Shown here: one piece after another, positions 51,701-64,000 of the stretch
Layout: each line of letters opens with the position of its first letter
Numbering within the stretch: the first letter of the stretch is position 1
Assembly: GCA_973895155.1 (NCBI GenBank)
Contig: OZ316898.1
Location: forward strand, 16,723,420-16,787,419
Source of the DNA: Marsupella aquatica
Lineage: Eukaryota > Plantae > Marchantiophyta
Length of the DNA: 64,000 nucleotides
Reading direction: 5' to 3'
The notes under the pieces: generated by a model
The model's database searches: none
What the model was told of the DNA's origin: nothing
The model's input: only the letters and a program-made list of their open reading frames with translations
Translations under genes and position numbers: made by a program

Positions 51701-52474
51701 CTCCAAGATCTTGCTATGGTAAAGTTTCTCTATTTCATGGGAAACAATTTGGCTCCTATCAAAAGTGAGTCAGTAAGCTAACCAGGCCTTACCACAGGGC
51801 AAATTGTTTATTATAGTAGTTTTTAAAGTTTTTTTTGTTTGCAAAGGAGAAATCTGTGAAATGTCACAGAAAGGGAGGCAACAAAAGCTAATTGTAACAT
51901 TTAAACCCAAGACCTATGAGTCCCTACTCAAGTGAGCTGTCACTTAGGCATGCTTGCTTTGTCATTTATTATAGTAGATAGACTAAATAGTAAATCAAGA
52001 TATATATTTTTACTTGTCTTCTCCACCACCTAGAACATTGTTTCCATAAGTTACTATTCAAAATACAATGGTCAATATAAGGCTCCCGAAAGGAGGGGTT
52101 GAGGGGCTGCTATTGCCCATAATGCTCTAGTTGTTGGGAAAACCTTAACCAAACAACCACGAGCACAACAAACATGCACGCACTGACACCAAGAGATATG
52201 TGATTCACCTTCATCAAAGCTACGTCCACGGGAACACACAAAACGTCCTTGCACAAGCTCCCTCCTAGCACCTAGCTAGCTACTTCAACAATGAGCATGA
52301 GTCTCTAAGAAAAGCTCTCCCTAGCCCCTCTATATGCTAGATGCAAGAGTCACTGCTAATTGCCATTAACACCCTAATGGCGCTTTCCCCTAAGCAACAA
52401 GAGGTTAACTCAAGACTAGAGTTAACCCTAACACTAGTAAGAGTACCATTATGCACTCAAAATGTCATTTTTTA

Positions 52475-53173
52475 CTGGTTTAGGTAAAAATAGAGGAGAA
52501 CTTTAAGAAAGGAGCTCATCCAATCTCCATATAGCATACTCATCCTGGAACATGAAAAGTTATTTTGTCCTCTAGCGAAAAGTTTAAGTTTTTTAGTGAA
52601 ATACAGGTGATCTATTTTTTTGTGGCAAATATAAATAGGACATTGATTAGGAAGCGTGACATTGAAAAGTTGTGCACATGATAAGGTACAAGAATAAAAG
52701 TACACATGTAAAGAAAAATAATAATGAACAAGACAAATTTAAGTCTATGGTATTGGGTTCTTCACATACTATACACCAGTAAAGATACTTATGTACTTAT
52801 CTTAGGTAATGACACTCAAATGAATTAAAACCATAAATTTAGGATACAAAACCATGAGTAGAACTTAAAGACATGAGGAGTGCACTTTAATTAGATCATT
52901 TCTTCACTAAGGGCTAGAACTTCCGTGACCTTTGTTAAAAGGTGGATGATCAAAAGTATATCAAAGATTGAAAAATTTAGAGGGGTGCCAGATTAAATTC
53001 AAAATCTAAAGTATACAAGGGATGCACCTCGGTAAGACACATTGAATTAAAATACACAAGAAAAGAAATTTGAATAAGACAAAATACTGGAAGATGGATT
53101 CACCATATAGCAGTCTCATTCTGGTTTAGGTAAAAATAGAGGAGAACTTTTAGAAACGAGCTCATCCAATCTC
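52475..53173. repeat. Pair of 53-bp direct repeats about 600 bp apart (52475-52527 and 53121-53173)
   Basis: CTGGTTTAGGTAAAAATAGAGGAGAACTTT[A/T]AGAAA[G/C]GAGCTCATCCAATCTC occurs twice. Confidence 0.9.
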
Positions 53174-54269
53174 GACTATGCCCAATGATTCCCTGACAAA
53201 AACTCACTAACGGTATTGTATATAGTGTACACTTTCGTGAAGACCAAAAAGAAACATTCCTCTGTTATCGGCGCAGTAGTACAGTAATGGATATACAGTA
53301 CTGTACTACCGTATATATATAAAGACCGTCAACAGTAGAAAAGTTGGGAAGCCAGATGTCACCACACAGCCAACTACTGAGTGTGCATATTTATGCTTAC
53401 CTGCAGTATGTCTTCCCGAGGACTCGAACGATCGAACGAGGAGGAAGAGCTCTCCCTGCACGGACTTATTATCAGACCAGGGACCGCAACAAGCTCATCA
53501 GCTTCTTCCTTCCAAGAGAACAGAGGGACGGCCTCGTTAGCTAGAACTTCGGACTAGTCCTCCATTCTTTCTTGTTGGCTTTGGTAAATGGCTCGGCTCA
53601 ACTCTTCATGCATGCATAGGGAAAATTGTTACACGTTTTAACATCCTCAATTCAAGACAAGCTTCATTCATGCATTGCATCATCTAGTAAATGTAAATGT
53701 AGTCAGCTTCTTTTGGTTTAGACGTAAATGTTATCAGCTTTTTTTGGTTTTGACAAAGCTTAAGTTTTCATTTCTGGCATTGTGATCCAATTGGCCAAGT
53801 GTGGACTTTTACCATGATGCACTCGTTCGTTAATTCTCGCTTGCTTGAGGGTTCGACCTCACCAGAGAGTTCAAACGTTTCCTTCGGCTTACGGGGCCAG
53901 CTTTTCTGAGCTACGTTAATGTTATGATCGTAGAGAAGAGGTAGGCAGGCAGCACTTGTTCCACGGCGAGAGATGTTTAATTTGTTGATCGATGTTGGTA
54001 AACCCAAGTTTGGGTTGGATTCTCGCATCTCTCCAGTTGGGGCCCATGGACGTCAGAGACCAATTTCTTCTTCTCGGGGGGTCTTGCTTTGGCCGCATAC
54101 TCCGTTGTGGGTAGTCACCAATTCCAATCATGCGTTGTTTGGAGAGCGTGGCCTGGCCTGCTCTCCCGAGGTTAGAATATGACATTAATTCTCTCTCGTG
54201 TTGTGTGGGCCTATTTTATTTGTTAGGTGGTGCCCATGGTGGACTGAGCGAGTTGACAATCCACAATTT

Positions 54270-57200
54270 ATGGCTTCAGCTATGAGAAGCCGAGCTAATG
54301 CAGTTGCAACACGCCTGCTCCTGTACCAGCAGCGTTCCTCTCCTTCGCCATACCTTCAGACGAGGTCTCCTTCTCTTCAGAGGCAAGGCCTCAGAAATAT
54401 TAGCAACAACACAAGACGACGAGCAGCAACTGTTAGATTGTTGCTTAGTCGAGGTGGTGGTGATGGTGGGGAATTGGGGTACTCGTTCAGCAGGCAAGAT
54501 GGAAGACTCTGTGATCCAGGCAGTGAGGGTGGCAGGTTTTGGGATCAGCAGGATCGGAAGAGGCATAGCACTAGTACCAGCAAGCAGAGTGAGAATGATG
54601 GGGAGGCGATTGCCTGCCAGATGATTGGATATGCAGCGACGCAGAGGAAAAATGGTTAGCTTGCTTGGTCACCCTCATGATTCATTTCATCCCAGCAAAC
54701 GGAAAAAGTGCTCAAGAATTTATTTTCTAAATTTCGTGGAAGTTGATAAGTTTATTGGAAGTTTCTTGCATGTGGAAGCTGCAATGCATGTGGAAGTATC
54801 TCGTGTCTTGGAGCAAGGATACAATTTTTTGCTTTCTCAAGGACCTTCAACGGCAAATGCCGCCGCCAAGGTTCTCTTCACACTCGCTACATTTCATGCG
54901 GACAGGTAAAATAATTCTGGGTCTGGAACTGTTGTATAGCCATTCCTTGTGAGATGCATAGATGGGTGTGATGACTATTGTCTTGTATGCTTACTTGTTG
55001 TCTCTGAAGGACCTTGTTAAACCAAGGTTTCTCGACGCAATTGGTATAACGTAAACAATAACAACCACTGGAAGGTAGTTCTGTCAAAAATCGTTTCTCC
55101 AGCAGATAGTTCTTCCAAATCTTACGAGGCTTGCATACCTTCTCCCATTAAGCAACAAATCACTGCTAACCCTCTTCAATACCTTCACTTTGCCTACACC
55201 TTCAGACTGGATTATAAATACCAGCAAACATCTGGAGGTTAGCTCTTTGTTCAAGAAAGTATTGAGACTTCCATGATATTCTATGCTCAGAGGGAAACTT
55301 CAGGATGCCGTGGATGTTTTGCAACAAGTTCCACTACTTGAGGGTGCATCACCTGAGGTGGGCGGTAAGGCCTTTGTCAAGACTGGTCGTGCTTCGCTGT
55401 TTTGATTTCTGCTATGTAGACCACGAGAGCTTTAAGGGGCTGCATTAGAGTGCATCTGGATTTCATAAGGCCATTTGTGGATAGTGTTGTCAGATGGGAA
55501 TCATTGAAACTTTTACAATAATTGTAGATAATTTGGGCATAGGCCACCGTGATTGTAGGATCATGGGGAACAATTGAAGGGAGTGATATTGTCATTGTTG
55601 GATAAAATACTCACGATAAAGCACTTGTTGAGAATGACAATATAGTCATCGAAAGTAATTGTTCCCGTGTAGTTCTTATGGGTGACTGATCATTTTGGTA
55701 ACTTGGTGTGCAGTATCTGCCAGGCAAGTTTTGGTTGGGATCTTCCTACGCATGCACAAGGTAAGAAAAAATTACTCTTTTGTGGATCACTGAGACTATA
55801 TTCATGCTTCTTAAGTCGAATCAAAGCCTACGGCGATATCTCTTTTGAAAATCTGTGGTCCTTGGTCACAATGTGCACTAGGAAACCAATGACAGCTTTG
55901 CTTTAATTATAGGCTCAGCGGTCTAGCCACAACTATCTGAAAGGATCAGATGCAAAAAACAGAGATGTAATTTCCAAGCAGCACCTTGATTCAATCAAGT
56001 ACAGCCAGACCACCTTAATTCAGTATGTGTGGAAGACTTATTTCTGGTCCTCTCGGGTGTAAATAGCATCATAATTACCCCGACCTCACAACTGCTAAGA
56101 TATTTTCTGTTACACAGAAAATTATTGCGTGATCTGGCACAAGCATTAGTCTCATGAAAGTAGTAATTTTTAAGACGATATTTCGTCCTTGCCCAATATT
56201 TTTCTTGCAAAATTTAGCAGCTGCTTCGTTTCAACATGATCATCGATGCCATAATTAAACTCCGAATGATTGTTGTTGTAGGATTCGCTTGCACTCTCCG
56301 AGGCCCAATCCATGCCAGGGGCTATAAATGAAGCGAGTGGGTTGCCACTGCATCTTAGCCAAGAGCTTGCGTTTCGAGCTGCAGCCACCGTCCAATTTGC
56401 TGAACATGCTACCAGTTCTAAGGTATCCGGTAAGACTGCAATCGTTCAAACCTTCATTCTTTCGTAGACATTTTGAGAGCTTTTGAGTTAGTGGAGAAGA
56501 CAGAGTATAGAAAGGCCTTCAAACTTTGTTGAGCCAGTGTCAAGTTCAGTGGATATTTTAGCTAGTAATCTTTATAATTTAAGCTGCTCTTCAAATATTG
56601 GTCCTAGTAATATTGACTTGTATGGGGAACAAAACTTGCCCTGTAAAATTTGGAATAGTAACAAGTTTCTGAACGACCAAGCCTTTCCCGATTATACGAG
56701 CAACTTATATGATTTGTGACAGAACTGTAGTGAGTCTATTCTTTTGTGGTATCTAAATTTGGTGTGTACTCATAAGCAGTAAAATATATCATTGTACAGC
56801 ATGTTAGTGAACTGCTTTTCTGGTGGGCAGGTAATTTACTGGATATGAGCAGCCTTTCATCATGGCTTAACCACAAGGAAGCCCACTTGGAAGGTGTAGG
56901 TGAGTTTTGTGATCATTGCTGGTTCTTGAGAGATGGATGAGCTAAAAGAGCTGCAAGATATGCTTGTGTCAGTACTAGTCAATTAATATTTGTGACTCGT
57001 TTATGTTCATTTCTTGGATATAAACAACAAGAGGAGCTGGCTTTTCACCCCTGTATTTCTTTTCTGGTTGGCTAGTGCAGCTGCTGCTCTGTTGGGTCTA
57101 GCCGAATGTTATCACATTCGGGGTCACTTCTCTCAGGCTCAGGATTACTATAAGAAAGCTTCAGCTCTGGCAGAAAGTAGTCTGGAAACGGGGTCAGTTG

Positions 57201-59245
57201 GATTAAGTGCAGGAGCAATGACAGCTGAGGAAGTGGTAGTGCGAGCACAAGCAGGTTTGGGACAAGCAGCTGCTCACTTGGGGTGAGTTGGGTGATAGTG
57301 CTTGCCATATTGAAGTGTAGTTTACACGTTATTTTAGCGTTTCTTGTGTAGCCTTAGTAATCATTTATCCTTGCCTAATCTGTATAATCTTATGTACCAC
57401 TTCATTAGCATATGAAAGAAGTAAGCCTCTAGAAGAACCTAAGTTTGCTGGAGATGATGACAATAGTAGGAACCTTCGATAGTAATGATGATGAATAGTA
57501 TCAATTCTTGTTGCAAATTATGTGATATAAAATCAAGGCATTGCTTCCTGTGTTATTTTTGTCCATTTTCCTATCATACCAAATAAAGAATTCAGTTGAA
57601 CAATAGATCAAAAGCCAAGTAAAACATGTGTTCACTCTCCATCATGGATGTGTTGAGTAATTTGCATCCCTGCCTGACATAGCGGTTTTGAATTCGTGTG
57701 GCAGGGACTTTGATGATGCTGAGATGTACCTTACAAAGGCACTAAAACGCGCTGAGCAGATTAATGGTCAGTAAAGTGACCTCTCCTTGCTTTTTGTCAC
57801 GTTCGACATTACCTTTCGAAGCCAACCAAATGTGCAACAAAGGTTTAATTGTACCGTTGCACCAAAGTTCAAAGCCCGCTCACAGGAAAGAAACTTGTCC
57901 ACATATAATGGTTTAAAGAACTATATATGATTCAGCCGATGCTTTCGCATGTAACCTTTCGGTTTACGTTCCCTTCGAGCTGTTGCAAGCTACACATGAT
58001 ATCAACAACCAGTTTTTTAGGGATTTCATGAAGGATCTTTGGTTGATTTTTTCCTTTGCAAACATCGAGCCTGGAACACAGTTTCTTATCGAGAGGGAAC
58101 ATTTGCTGAAGCTGACAATTTGACAAAATGGTGGGTTTTTAAATTATAATAGGTATAGGATATAATAATCTTTTGCTACTCGAGTCTGTTATCAACCCAT
58201 TCTGGTTTAAAAAAAATATCGAAAATCACTTGTTGAAAGGTTGTGTCTACAGGAGAAAAGCATCCCCGAGTTGGAGCAGTCCTTGTATGTCTCGCAGATG
58301 TCTACGCACAAAGAGGAATCAGGAAAGGCAGTGGAGATACCATTTTAACAGAGGTATTCTGTCTGTTAGTCATTTGTGGATTTGACTTGAAAGACCCAAC
58401 TTCCTGTCAGTTCACCAAATTTAATACCATTAATAATAATAGGTTTTGCATGGTACAGGGTCTGTATCGGAGAGCCACAGATCTCCTTGGTGCTCCACCT
58501 GTTGATGCAACTCTTGATCCAGGTAAACTTCCACTGCCAAGGGTCTCTCGTTTGGAAGGGGATCAGTTGGGAGACGACGGTCAGGAGCCCCTTGTTATTT
58601 AGACACTGGAGTGATATAGAGGCTGAACGACATTTCCCGTATTTACCTCTTCAGCGTGTTTTCTGCCAAATCTGTACACACTCCATATCCCTAAGTGGGC
58701 TTGAACCATGGTCGAACGAATTCGATTTGTTTGCAATTTGAGATAGCAGTCTTGTTAAAAAAATTGAGTTTTAATCTTTCAAAAGTCAACATTGTTGCAT
58801 TGTTTCGTGACTGCAGGGCAAGATGTTGACATGAGTGATGTTACAGTTATTGGAAGAGGTAAATCACGGGCCCTTGCAGAACCGCTGAAATGCTGGATGC
58901 ATCTTTTGAGGTCAACCAATAAGCACCTTACATCGTATTGATTAGGTCGTCACTAAGGCTTTCGTTTGTTGTTTGTGGTGGGTGTGATCCCAAGCAGCTC
59001 GATACGCAGCTCTTCTTTCACGTGCCAAGAATCGGTATAGTGAAGCTCAAAAATTGCAAACTTGGGCAAATGCTGTCTGGAAGGGACCTTGCTCATTGAC
59101 AGATGTACTTACGCAAGACGCATCAACGCAACCAGGAAAAAGTACTGAGGGTATTAACGATTCCATAGAAGAGGCATATACGGGACGATATGTTGTGGTT
59201 GATGTTGGACTCGGGAGGGTTCTCCTTACACCCACAAACTATTGA
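54270..59245 (+). CDS. SSR1: Mitochondrial TPR-like protein, SSR1/NDP1 (At5g02130)-like; exons approx. 54270-54654, 54779-54905, 55291-55344, 55714-55760, 56282-56429, 56831-56899, 57081-57282, 57705-57766, 58253-58333, 58459-58522, 58817-58858, 58998-59245
   Basis: Arg/Ser-rich presequence. The blocks QMIGYA, VLEQG, LAECYHIRGHFSQAQDYY.KA, GLGQ..AHLGDFDDAE.YLT.AL..AE, GEKHPRVG.VL, EGLYRRA.DLL.APP and WA..VW match my recollection of the Arabidopsis At5g02130 family. The exons join in frame. Confidence 0.8.
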
Positions 59246-62200
59246 TATTACTTGGCGTCATTGTTGATTTGCATAGGCCGAAAGGCAACGTGTTACCTTC
59301 CTACGTTGTAAGGGGATACTTTTGGCAAGGATATTCGACATATTTAAATTAAGCAGACTGAGATTCAATATCTAGCTGAAGTCCATCGAATAATCTTCCC
59401 ATGTTTCTAAAAAGGAAGTCAGCCCAGTCGTGTAATTAGAGTAATGGACCTCAAATCAAGACAGAACACCGACAGATAGTTGAGGCTGCTCTAAAGCAAC
59501 AGACTTATGTTCACACCATCACAAATGTTTTTTTTTTTCAATTTCATGTTCTGAAGTGCAAATGATGACTAAGTTCATAATCACAATTGTCTTTTCATTT
59601 CATGTTCTGAATCGTAAATAGATTGAAGACGTGATCACCTTTGTAAGAGCACCAGTTTACTGAAAATGGGTCAACAAAGGAGAAAATCATGAAAATGGAA
59701 CCATATAAACACCTACCTACAAATGATGAAAATCACCAACACTCTCATAAACAAAAACCAACACTCTAATAGGTGGATGTAAGAAACATCCACTACTGGA
59801 GTGACCTAGACTTGGGCGTCAAAATGGATATCCTCTAGTGGAGCAGGCTTTCTCATGAGCTGCATTTGTAGTCAACCAAAGATCGATGATGGATGGTTTG
59901 AGTATTGGATTTGTTGGCAGATCAGCAAGTGAAAGTGGTCATCAAGATGGATATCAAGTGGGCATCAAGTCAAAATGGAGATCCATGAACTGATGTCAAT
60001 ACATTGACGAATCAATGTCCTCACCAACTTATAATTGCCAATTTTGCCATAGTTAAAGGTTGAGGGGATAAAAGAAGGCCAGTATTGACATTATTTTACG
60101 GGCCATTTTTTGAAATTCTGCATCCATGTGCTATAACCCAATAAATCACAAGTAGTCAAAAGTACTTCCTATTGCACAATACCGCATGCATGGTTTTCTT
60201 AATATGTAACATACCTTTCACATAGTATTTGAGGACACAGATACTTACAAGTTATTTGATTTACAATGGAAGAAAGGATATCCAAATTTTGGTTTAAAGG
60301 AATGTTTGCCAAGCAATAAAATCCAATCCCACCCAAAGGAGTAGTTGTCTGCTTACAAACTAACTCTTGGAGTGGAATCCATGACAGCCTTCATGTTCAT
60401 TTTCTTGATGGGGCATATCAACCCTAAGCAAATGTACAATGTACAAGATTATGCGTCCTAAGAATGTACCATACTGCCATCAAGAGTAGTGCACTTAACT
60501 ATTAATAATTTAAAATTAAGCAAAGCACATTGTACAGGAATACATGTCCATTAATGCGTATCCTAAGAATGTGCACCAGCAAGAATAGTGCACTTAATGT
60601 GTTTGAATAATCCAAAAATTTGTGATGGCCTAAATCCCATTTGCCGCCTTTTTTCAGTCTTCACAAATCAAATTTTAATTTTTTGAGCCTTTGTGCGCAT
60701 TTCTTATTTTGAGTGAAGTTTCAAAAGAACAGTCACTCCCACAATTTATCCAACCTGCCTTCAAGGGCTGTCTTAGGTAGCTCAAAATGTGACAAGGGCA
60801 AATAAAGAAGCAACATTGAGATGCCTTACCCTAAATATGGTCTCCCTTAGCCGATAATGTATGTAAAAAAACAATTTGGTTCCTGGGTAACTCCGTGCAC
60901 TAGGCCGTTGGAAACCAATTGGTTATGTGCTTAGAGCGCCTACTCGCATATAGCACTTCAAAATACCGAAGCCTGATACTTAGTAGATCCATGGCCAAGA
61001 AAAGTAGTTGACAAAATTACAAATCTCAGAGAAACAGTGGAAGAATAATTTTTCCCCTTACACTTCGGGTGGCAATAGGCGAGAAACAAAGTGTACCACT
61101 TTCTTAAGTTTTCTATGGACCCCTTTTTTTAGCTTTTGAAGGATTCTGGCCCGAAACCTGACAAGGGTGGTTTCAGCCATGAATATTCTACCATCCTGTA
61201 ACACCTCCCACACCGACTTGTTAATGATAACGCATACAGCATGACACGTGGAAGCAAGATTCACAAAAACTCAACGAGGTCAAAACCCAGTGCGATGTAC
61301 AGTAAAGGTGGTGCTCGATTGCTGACAATCTTTTGTAACTTGTTATGCAAGGCACGAGTGAAAATTGAACTAACGCCACATAATAGTCCAAAAGTGGGCC
61401 TTAAAAGACTAGTGCCATCTTACTGTGTGAGCACAATGAGGTCACAAACGACTGCAACACGTCATACCAAAACACCATCGGGCCAAGAGTTGACAACTGC
61501 TTCTTAATAGCTTTGTTTAATAAACTGAATACCAGCACACGATCAACCCAAGATCACAACTTCGAGCTATCCTCACCTAAAACTTGTATAGGCGAAACCA
61601 TCAAGTCAATAACTTCGCGAATGAACATCAACCAAGACTCTTACAACACAAGCTTTCCAAGTCGCGGTGAAGATCGTACAAGGGCTCTCTTAATGGGTAA
61701 GTAATCCCTTCCCCCTACTAATTTGGTGCCTTGCCATCACATATGCTTGGCTATTAAAATGGCAACCAAGAACACAAAGAATTTCCAATCAACACATTTG
61801 AAGGAACCAAGACGGAAAGAAAAAGTCCAGATGAAGAGGAACTTTTGAAATACGGCATTGGACCCACGAAATGCTGTGCCGTAAGCAGACTTATTACTTT
61901 GACAAGAGAGAAGACTCCACCAGAGAGAATAAGATCGCCACAACGTTATGAAAGTGTCTTCAAAGCATCTTGCTTGTTACAACTTTCAGGTTAAATGGAA
62001 GAGGAGAAGCTGATGTTACTGTTCCAGGGTCGCAGTTGGCTGAAGCCTGAGTATAGAATCATAACCATCGAGGGCTGATCTAGGATATTACACAATCACA
62101 AGATTTCAAAGAGTCTGGGCTGTTGATAGAAAAATTCAGTGTCATTGTGAAGATGGTTTAATTCAAGAAACCAATTTGACAATCCAGCCAAGGACCTGTA

Positions 62201-63002
62201 CAGGAACTCGCTTCTGTGAGGAGTCAGTCATACTTGCATTCTGAGTCAGTTGGGAATCAGGAAAGAGCCCTCTTGCTGGTCTTGCAAGAATCACTCAAAA
62301 GTATCTCTGGCATGCTCCCCGACCCATCTCTGTCAAAATGACAGAAAAAAAAGTGTTCAGGAAAGAGAAACAATAACCAATCAGTCAAAAGATGCAAATC
62401 GCATGTTACATGGCAGGAAAGTAGAAAGTTACAAAAGAGTCCAAAGGATGAAGACTACTTTTCAGTTCACAATAAACATAAGTTCCAGGGTTGAAGCACA
62501 AGAGAGAACTTTATACCAGAAGCAGCAGACAATTAAAGTCTGCCCACTCGACCTGCCCTTCCCTCCCTACTCGTCAGCTCAGAGACTCTTTCATTCGACT
62601 CCCTTGCATGCAGTAGCAACCGGCTGAAAAAATCTCCTTCTGTTAACCAAGAAGGAAGTGTACATAGACACTGCCAATTGAGTGACATTAAATGGGGAGA
62701 CGACAGACCACCATCTTAAGGGGGGTGCAAAAGCCCACACTATACGAAAATGTAGAGCTACCCTTGCACCCCAAAGAATAAAAATATTGCCTACAGGACT
62801 ATCTTGTAGTTTTCTTTCATCTTCGACCCGTCTCCCAGTAGTACTGTGAAAGTAAACTGTATCTGCTTTCTGGTTGCTGAAAAGGGTCATGACTATCATG
62901 CAACGTGCCGTCGGCAACATAAACCCTCCCAATGGTCATGAACTCATACGGTCGATAACATGTAAGCTTCAAAGAACAGTGTGTCGAACCCACAACGCAT
63001 GT

Positions 63003-63831
63003 CTATAGTTCAACCTCTTGTAGATCATCTCCAGCACTACCACCACTACCCTCCACAGATCCAGGTCTCAGCTCAACTCCCACTATTGCTGGCATAAAAG
63101 GTGTCAAAGAAGGTGCAGGCGACGCAAAAGTATCACTCAATCCAGTACTAGTGTTAGGGTTAAAAATATCCACCTTTGAAGGAGATGGGAAATAGGTTCC
63201 AACTGTAGGGGGTGTATTCATTGTACTCTGACTAGAAAATCCATTGTACAAGCTAGAATTTGTAACAGGGTTGTCATAAGATGATTTGGCTTCTGATTGG
63301 GAGGTTTGGAAATTACTAGGGTAACCACTCCAGGAGTTTGCCCTGGAATGGTAGCCATTACTAAATCCAATTTCTCCGTTGCTTGGACTCCTACCTAATC
63401 TGCCTCTTCCTTGAGCAGGTTCACCAGGATCGAAAGCTGTAGTGTTGTCAGAACTAGGTGCTCTATGCAACGCAGTGGCACCAAATACTGAGGCGTTCTC
63501 AGAGCTAGGAACCCTATGAATTCCTGTCCCGACCATCCCAGGTTGATGAAGAACATTCTCCACAGCTGATTGCTGACTTGCACCCAGTCTTTCCTGGGAG
63601 TTTAAGCCAGATTCTGGATGCTGATCGACATGGTTTTCGTCATAGTTTCCCTGAAATACCCCATTCTCGGAATTCGAAACGCTTCCGTTCATGTCCGTGG
63701 ATGACGGTGGAACAAAAAAGTTCATTGGCTGCAATGGAGCTCCTCCATATCTTGCAGTTGGAGCAAATGCGGAAACAGCAGGCTTTGGAGGTGTTGTTGT
63801 ATTCCCCCCTTTGTTAAATGTATCGACATAC
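63003..63831 (-). CDS. SEC16: Last coding exon of protein transport protein SEC16; the rest of the gene lies beyond the window end
   Basis: Acceptor TGTAG| followed by (R)YVDTFN, a low-complexity Ser/Pro-rich tail and the C-terminal DDLQEVEL, as in plant SEC16/MAG5 proteins. Confidence 0.85.
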
Positions 63832-64000
63832 CTACACATCAAAAACCAACCTCAGTTATCTATTGACTAACAATTGACCTCAAACGAATCCCTCAAAATT
63901 CTGAGATAAGTACAAACTAAAGCTGCAAATCTCCACAACACAATTGAAAAGCAGGCAAGCCACGAATTGAACACAGTCAGTCAATACCTAGAGCGAACAC

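Noticed and set aside
60000-62950. Short ORFs downstream of SEC16 and other 60-150-aa ORFs in the track
   Set aside because: No recognisable domains; they are antisense or alternative-frame shadows, UTR or intergenic sequence.
29691-63831. Proteostasis/trafficking cluster (ATG9, sHSP, SSR1-like, SEC16)
   Set aside because: These are ordinary housekeeping neighbours and no shared regulatory signal was seen.

Overview
Eukaryotic land-plant nuclear DNA with spliced GT-AG genes; probably a bryophyte or other non-seed plant (inferred from protein divergence, not proven). Gene order: (1) 3' part of a dead Ty1/copia LTR retrotransposon (1-~3412; nonsense codon, frameshift, mutated integrase Asp); (2) a 331-bp TRIM whose two 136-bp LTRs each contain a tRNA-like Pol III promoter (5069-5399, minus); (3) alpha-expansin; (4) a ~1-kb foldback/MITE-like element; (5) an IPNS-like 2OG-Fe(II) dioxygenase with a transit-peptide-like N-terminus and microbial-looking motifs; (6) imidazoleglycerol-phosphate dehydratase (HISN5); (7) ATG9 behind a long uORF-rich leader; (8) an organellar small HSP; (9) an intronless D-2-hydroxyglutarate dehydrogenase; (10) an intronless ING1-like PHD gene; (11) several non-LTR retroposon 3' remnants, one with a clean 12-bp TSD; (12) an SSR1/NDP1-like mitochondrial TPR gene; (13) the last coding exon of SEC16. 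Intergenic DNA carries many two-copy tandem duplications of 17-121 bp. The most interesting items are the tRNA-LTR TRIM, the candidate horizontally acquired dioxygenase, the pair of neighbouring intronless genes and the ATG9 uORF chain. All gene models were assembled by hand and no database searches were run.
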